Shown here in pieces: positions 58,805 to 64,000 of a DNA stretch of 64,000 nt. Source of the stretch: Spirochaetia bacterium (GTDB lineage Bacteria > Spirochaetota > Spirochaetia > DSM-2461); NCBI GenBank assembly GCA_963666985.2, contig CAXXIA010000002.1, positions 2,336,001 to 2,400,000 of the forward strand. The letters are read 5' to 3'. Below the pieces are notes generated by a model. That model was not told the DNA's origin and searched no databases. It saw only the letters and a program-made list of their open reading frames with translations. Made by a program: the position numbers and the translations under genes. Numbering within the stretch: the first letter of the stretch is position 1; every line of letters begins with the position of its first letter.

Positions 58805-60867
58805 TGACGCGTGTTGCAACGGATATCGGCGGAACGTTCACCGACCTTGTTTATGTTAAAGAGGACGGAACCGTCGGAATCGCCAAAAGTCATACAACAC
58901 CCAAACAGTTCGAACAGGGTGTGATGGATGTTCTTTCCTCGGGGGGTGTTTCTCCCAAGGAATTCGTATCCTTCGTTCACGGTACGACGATTGTCATCAA
59001 TGCCATTACCGAGAAGAAGGGCGTAAAAACCGCATTGATTACAAACGAAGGTTTCCGGGATGTGCTGGAAATCGGACGGGGCAACAGACCTGACTATTTC
59101 AACCTTGAATACGTCAAACCCAAGCCGTTTGTGGAGCGGTATCTTCGCCGCGAGGTTCCGGGACGGATTAACTATAAGGGCGTTGAAACCTCACCGCTGG
59201 ATTTATCCGGACTGCCGTCGATGCTGGAAGAATTTCGGGCCGAGAACGTTCAGGCCATAGCGGTTTGTCTGATTAATTCCTATGCGGACGATACCCATGA
59301 AAAAGCCGTTCTGGAAAAAATCGGCGAACTTTGGCCCGAGGTCGCCGTTGTGGCTTCCCATCAGATTTCCCGGGAATGGCGGGAATATGAGCGGACCAAT
59401 ACCGCGGTTCTTTCCGCCTATGTTCAGCCCATCGCGCATAAATATCTGGACAATCTTACGGGACGTCTTGCTTCCGAAGGAATGAAATGCACTCCGTACA
59501 TCATGCAGTCCAACTGCGGCATCGATACCGTTAAGAACGCCCGGCAGATTCCCATCACGATGGTGGAATCCGGACCGGCCAGCGGCGTTTGGGGCGCCGC
59601 GGTTATGGGCAGGCTTATCGATGAGGAAGATGTGATTGCGCTGGATATCGGCGGCACTACCGCCAAATGCAGTCTGATCAGCGGCGGCCGAGTCACTCTG
59701 AATACCGATTATATGCTGGAGAAAACCGAAACGTTCGCCGGTTATCCGGTTATGGTTCCGGTGGTTGATCTTGTGGAAATCGGTCAGGGCGGCGGTTCCA
59801 TCGCCTGGATTGACGAATTCAATCGTCTTCATGTCGGGCCTCAAAGCGCGGGCGCCGATCCCGGTCCGGTGGCTTACGGCATGGGCGGAACGGCGCCGAC
59901 GACAACCGATGCGAACCTGGCCCTCAAATGCATCAACGCCGATTTCTTCTGCGGCGGTTCGATGACGGCGGACATGAGCGGTGTGAATGCCGCTCTGGAC
60001 GGACTGGCGGAAAAGCTGGGACTCAGCCGGGAAGATACGGCCCGGGGAATCGTCCGGCTGGCCAACAACAACATGGTGAACGCCATCAAACTCATTTCGG
60101 TGAACAAAGGGCACGATCCGAGGGATTTCACTCTTGTCGCCTTCGGCGGCGGCGGCGGCATGCATGCCTGCGCCCTGGCCAAGGAACTGGGAATTAAAAA
60201 GGTTGTTATCCCCAATCTTTCCGGTGTTTTCTCCGCCTGGGGTATGCTTTTAAGCGACCTGCGGCGGGATTACCTTCGAAGCAAGGTGGTGGAATTATCC
60301 GTTGAGGGAGCGGCGGACGTTATCGGCAATGCCTTTTCCGAGATAGAAACCGGCGCGGTTGCCGATTATGCGGCCGAGGATATTGATTCCTCCCGGGTAA
60401 CCTGCACACGGTTCGCCAGGCTTCGCTATCAGAATCAGGAACACTCCACCGAAATAGAGATTCCTTCGGGCAAAATCGATGCATCCATGCTTCCGGACAT
60501 CATTGAGGATTTCCACGCCAAGTACGAGCAGGAATACACCTATCGGCTGGAAGCTCCGGTTGAGCTTGTTACCTACCATATCATCGCCGCCGCATCGGTG
60601 GATAAATTGGAACCGAAAAAAAAGCCCGCGGCTTCAGCCTCATCCGATAAGGCCGTGAAAGGTAAGCGTGAAGTGGATTTCCTCTCCGACGGCATCAGGG
60701 AGGCCGTGATTTACGACGGTTCGAAGATGGAAAGCGGCATGGCGTTCGACGGCCCCGCGGTTATTGAAGAAGCCGAGGCCACGATTGTGATACCTCCCGG
60801 AATGAGCTGCCGGGAGGATGAATACGGGAATTACCAGATTGTTCTGAAACAGGGAGCGGAGGCCTAG
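58804..60867 (+). CDS. Hydantoinase A / 5-oxoprolinase alpha-type subunit
   Basis: DIGGTFTD, HGTT, ESGPASG, DIGGTT, GPQSAGADPGP and AFGGGG. Confidence 0.93.
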   Translation: MTRVATDIGGTFTDLVYVKEDGTVGIAKSHTTPKQFEQGVMDVLSSGGVSPKEFVSFVHGTTIVINAITEKKGVKTALITNEGFRDVLEIGRGNRPDYFNLEYVKPKPFVERYLRREVPGRINYKGVETSPLDLSGLPSMLEEFRAENVQAIAVCLINSYADDTHEKAVLEKIGELWPEVAVVASHQISREWREYERTNTAVLSAYVQPIAHKYLDNLTGRLASEGMKCTPYIMQSNCGIDTVKNARQIPITMVESGPASGVWGAAVMGRLIDEEDVIALDIGGTTAKCSLISGGRVTLNTDYMLEKTETFAGYPVMVPVVDLVEIGQGGGSIAWIDEFNRLHVGPQSAGADPGPVAYGMGGTAPTTTDANLALKCINADFFCGGSMTADMSGVNAALDGLAEKLGLSREDTARGIVRLANNNMVNAIKLISVNKGHDPRDFTLVAFGGGGGMHACALAKELGIKKVVIPNLSGVFSAWGMLLSDLRRDYLRSKVVELSVEGAADVIGNAFSEIETGAVADYAAEDIDSSRVTCTRFARLRYQNQEHSTEIEIPSGKIDASMLPDIIEDFHAKYEQEYTYRLEAPVELVTYHIIAAASVDKLEPKKKPAASASSDKAVKGKREVDFLSDGIREAVIYDGSKMESGMAFDGPAVIEEAEATIVIPPGMSCREDEYGNYQIVLKQGAEA

Positions 60868-60868
60868 C

Positions 60869-62533
60869 ATGGAAAAGAAATTCGATCCGATCACACTGGA
60901 AATCATCCAGAATTCCCTGCAGGCGGCTTCGGATGAAATGTTCGCCGCTTTGCGCCGGACCGCCATGAGCGCCATCATTTATGAAGTGCTGGATATGGGA
61001 ACGGGAATTACCGACCGGAATGGAGAGATTGCCTCTTCCGGCGCGGGTATTCCGGCATTCGTCGGCGTTCTGGATAAGACCGTTAAGAAGATTCTGGAAA
61101 AGTACAACAAGAGCGGCGATATCGAACCCGGCGACGTTTTTCTTACCAACGATCCCTACAGCGGCGGTGTGACTCACTTGAACGACGTGGTTTTGACCAT
61201 GCCGGTGTTCTTTGAAGGGGACATCATTGCCTGGACGGCCAATATCGCCCATTGGAACGACGTGGGCGGTAAGGTGCCCGGTTCCATGTCGAATGACGCC
61301 ACGGAAATCTTCCAGGAAGGAATGATCTATCCTGGGGTGAAAGTCATCGTTAAGGGGAAACCCAACCGCGCGGTTTTCGATATTCTCACCGCCAACGGCC
61401 GGATGCCGGATTTCCTTTTGGGCGATCTCTGGGCCGGCATCGCCGCGGTCCGAGTTGGTGAAAAGCGACTTTTGGACATCGCCGGGAAGTACGGCAAGGA
61501 AACCTTTCTCTATGCCGTTGAGGACTTCATGGACTTCGGCGAGCAGGTGAGCCTGAACGCCATCAGCAAGTTCAAAAAGGGGCGCTACGAACTGAGAGAG
61601 GAACAGGACGACGGCCAGTTTTATAACGTTACCATCGATATTACCGACAATGAATTCCTTATCGATTTGAGGGACAATCCTCCGCAGAGCCCCGGTCCCT
61701 TCAATATGAGTCTTGACGATACGATTATCGCCTGTCAGATGGCGTTTAAGAACGTCCTCTCTCCGGAACGGACCGCCAACGGCGGAAGCTTCCGCCCCAT
61801 GAAGGTTCTGACCAAGAAGGGCACGATTCTGGATCCTGAGTATCCGGCGGCCATGGGTATCTACTACGAGCTCAACGTCAGGATTCAGGATCTTCTGGTG
61901 CGCTGTCTTTCCGAGCGGATGCAAGACGAGCTTCCCGCGGGGAATTTTTCCTCGGTCATGGGAACCCTTTTCGGCGGCATCCATCCCGATACCGGCCGCA
62001 ATTACGCGGTGGTGGAGCCCGAGCTCGGCGGCTGGGGCGGTTCTCCCACCAAGGACGGCGAGGCCGGACAGTTCAGCGCCCTCCATGGTGAAACCTTCAA
62101 TTGCCCGGCGGAAATCGCCGAATCACGCTATGGCGTGACCGTGGATTACTTAAGCTACCACAACGACGACGGCGGCGCCGGTAAGCACCGGGGCGGCAAC
62201 GGTGTGCGCATCGATTACCGTATCCGTTCGGATAATGCCTGGCTCTCGGTTGCCTATACCCGCGACCGCATTCCGCCGTGGCCGCTGAAAGGCGGAAATC
62301 CGGGATCGTCCAATCACATCGTTATCCGGCGGAAGAACGGGGAACAGGAGCGCTATTCCACGGGAGCCGTTTCGCTGAACACCGATGACGTGATTCAGAT
62401 TATGTCCGCCACCGGCGCGGGCTGGGGCGATCCGAAGGACCGGAGTCCCGAACTGGTGAAGAAAGACGTGCGCAACGGCTACATCACCCCGGAACAGGCC
62501 AAACGGGATTACGGCGTGGATGCGTCCGCGTAA
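60869..62533 (+). CDS. Hydantoinase B / 5-oxoprolinase beta-type subunit
   Basis: EMFAALRRTAMS, NDPYSGGVTHLND, AHWNDVGG, GAGKHRGG and GAGWGDP. Confidence 0.93.
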   Translation: MEKKFDPITLEIIQNSLQAASDEMFAALRRTAMSAIIYEVLDMGTGITDRNGEIASSGAGIPAFVGVLDKTVKKILEKYNKSGDIEPGDVFLTNDPYSGGVTHLNDVVLTMPVFFEGDIIAWTANIAHWNDVGGKVPGSMSNDATEIFQEGMIYPGVKVIVKGKPNRAVFDILTANGRMPDFLLGDLWAGIAAVRVGEKRLLDIAGKYGKETFLYAVEDFMDFGEQVSLNAISKFKKGRYELREEQDDGQFYNVTIDITDNEFLIDLRDNPPQSPGPFNMSLDDTIIACQMAFKNVLSPERTANGGSFRPMKVLTKKGTILDPEYPAAMGIYYELNVRIQDLLVRCLSERMQDELPAGNFSSVMGTLFGGIHPDTGRNYAVVEPELGGWGGSPTKDGEAGQFSALHGETFNCPAEIAESRYGVTVDYLSYHNDDGGAGKHRGGNGVRIDYRIRSDNAWLSVAYTRDRIPPWPLKGGNPGSSNHIVIRRKNGEQERYSTGAVSLNTDDVIQIMSATGAGWGDPKDRSPELVKKDVRNGYITPEQAKRDYGVDASA

Positions 62534-62604
62534 GAGGCCGAAAGTAAATCGTTCGGACCGGTACGGTTCGCCGGCTTCGGCCGGATGAATTATCAAATGA
62601 TAAG

Positions 62605-62636
62605 GGGGCTGTCTCATAAGAGGCGGCCCCTTTTTT
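62605..62636 (+). terminator. Terminator-like hairpin identical to the IS1182 left-end sequence
   Basis: GGGGCTGTCTC-ATAA-GAGGCGGCCCC-TTTTTT; 25 nt identical to 6422-6446. Confidence 0.75.
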
Positions 62637-62831
62637 GTGCTTTTGTCCGGGCATCGGCTCCTGAATCCCCCCTTCAAGAATTCCTGCCTCTCCGGCGGAA
62701 GCCGTTCACAGCGGCGTCGGTTTGGGAATCATCAACCTGTTTCCGCATCCCGGACAGGTATCCTTTCCATGGCTGTGATTCGTAAGAAATCAGCCCGCAT
62801 CGCCTCCCTTATGGCTTTGGCACGTGAATTT

Positions 62832-64000
62832 TCAGCTTGCCCTTGCTTCTTCGGTGAGTCCCTCACTAATTTTCTTCTCCAGAGCCTTAAGCGCGATTTT
62901 CGGATGCCCCACGGTTCCCGGACCGCAGATACATCCTCCCTCGCAGGCCATTACTTCCCAGAGCCCCTCGGGACCGTTCCCCGCGGCCGCGGCTTTCAGG
63001 CGATTCAGCGCCTTGCGGTCGAGGCCGTCAACGGAGACTGTCGGACAGGTGAGATTTTTCCCGCTGCCGCCGATATACCGGGCGACATTTTCGGCGACGC
63101 CGCCGGAGGAGGCATATCCCCATGCTTGTCCGTCGCCGGCCCTTAGATCGGGAAGACTCTCCTCCAATTCCCGAACGTCGATATCTCGGGCCAGAAACAG
63201 GGCTCCGAGTTCTTCGAATGTGATGACATATTCCGCGGCGCCCGTTTCCAAGACTTCGGCCTTTTTGGCAAAACATGGGCCTATGAAAACTCTCGGAGCG
63301 CCTGGGAAACGTTCGGCGGCTTCCCGGCCGGTGAACGTGAGGGGCGTGGGAGTTTCGGAAACCAAAGGAGCGAATTCCGGCGCATGGAGTTTAACGGCCC
63401 TCACGTAAGCGGGGCAGCATGAGGTTCCCATGATGGCTGAACCGCCGGAGCGGCGCTCGGCGAATTCCAACGCTTCCCTCTCCGTTGTTTTTTCCGCACC
63501 GGCGGCCACTTCGGCCACTTTGGAGAATCCCAGAAGCTTAAGCGCCGTAACGGATTGGTTGACGGTTCCGGGAAATTGTCCCGCGATGGACGGGGCGATC
63601 ATGGCGACGGCGTTACCGTCTTTCAGCAATTCGATTACCGGCAGAATGGAACTGCGTTCCATGATGGCGGCGAAGGGACAGGACCGGCTGCAGCGGCCGC
63701 AATGAATGCAGGCGTTCTCGTCGATGACGGCTTTCCCCGAATCGTCCTTGGCTATGGCTCCCACGGGACAGGCCGTTTCGCAGGGAACGGTACGGAAGGC
63801 AATGGCCTCGAAAGGACAGACCTGGCGGCATTTCCCGCAATCGACGCATGCTTCCCGATTAATACGGGCCCGGCCGTCGATAATGGTGATTGCCTTTTTG
63901 GGACAGTTCGTCATGCAGGGCCGGGCCACGCAGCCGCGGCAGAGATCGGTAACGATATGACCGCCGTCGCGGCAGGACGAGCAGGCGATATCGAGAACAG
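62832..64000 (-). CDS. Monomeric [FeFe]-hydrogenase (group B-like) with ferredoxin domains; 5' end beyond the window
   Basis: H-cluster motifs TSCCP, GPCFAKKAE and EVMACEGGCICGPG; several CxxCxxCxxxCP clusters; frame open to 64000 (VLDIACSSC...VTDLCRGCVARPC). Confidence 0.88.
   Translation of the reverse strand, partial: VLDIACSSCRDGGHIVTDLCRGCVARPCMTNCPKKAITIIDGRARINREACVDCGKCRQVCPFEAIAFRTVPCETACPVGAIAKDDSGKAVIDENACIHCGRCSRSCPFAAIMERSSILPVIELLKDGNAVAMIAPSIAGQFPGTVNQSVTALKLLGFSKVAEVAAGAEKTTEREALEFAERRSGGSAIMGTSCCPAYVRAVKLHAPEFAPLVSETPTPLTFTGREAAERFPGAPRVFIGPCFAKKAEVLETGAAEYVITFEELGALFLARDIDVRELEESLPDLRAGDGQAWGYASSGGVAENVARYIGGSGKNLTCPTVSVDGLDRKALNRLKAAAAGNGPEGLWEVMACEGGCICGPGTVGHPKIALKALEKKISEGLTEEARAS

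Noticed and set aside
62817..62835. TTGGCACG as a sigma54 promoter
   Set aside because: No GC at the -12 position and no downstream gene in that orientation.

Overview
Bacterial chromosomal window, most likely from a free-living or anaerobic spirochaete. This is inferred from the lolA-rodZ-rimO-uvrD and rplM-rpsI-recX gene orders, the archaeal-type PyrH and the spirochaete-style signal peptides. Positions 1-8.6 kb are an AT-richer accessory segment: an AraC regulator, rhaM, a fucose/arabinose-family isomerase and a sugar ABC system whose ATPase carries an in-frame TGA. This is followed by an IS1182 element and two 127-bp structured repeats that copy the 3' end of the adjacent tRNA-Leu(CAA). 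The core region holds ppk1, ppx, a Nudix hydrolase, rmuC, typA, two tandem membrane AraC regulators, pyrH, lolA, a poly-C-frameshifted rodZ, rimO, uvrD, rplM, rpsI, recX, acyP, tRNA-Ala(CGC), an MCP, an SDR, yqeC-yqeB, corA/DUF432/mscS and a likely sigma54-driven Hsp20 pair. At 48.4-50.2 kb there is an orphan RHS toxin/immunity module with a papain-like (DUF261-like) C-terminal domain. Positions 50.3-62.5 kb hold a two-component system, a peptide-type ABC importer, an EthD-like protein and a hydantoinase A/B pair. A partial [FeFe]-hydrogenase ends the window. All calls come from reading motifs by eye; no database searches were run.
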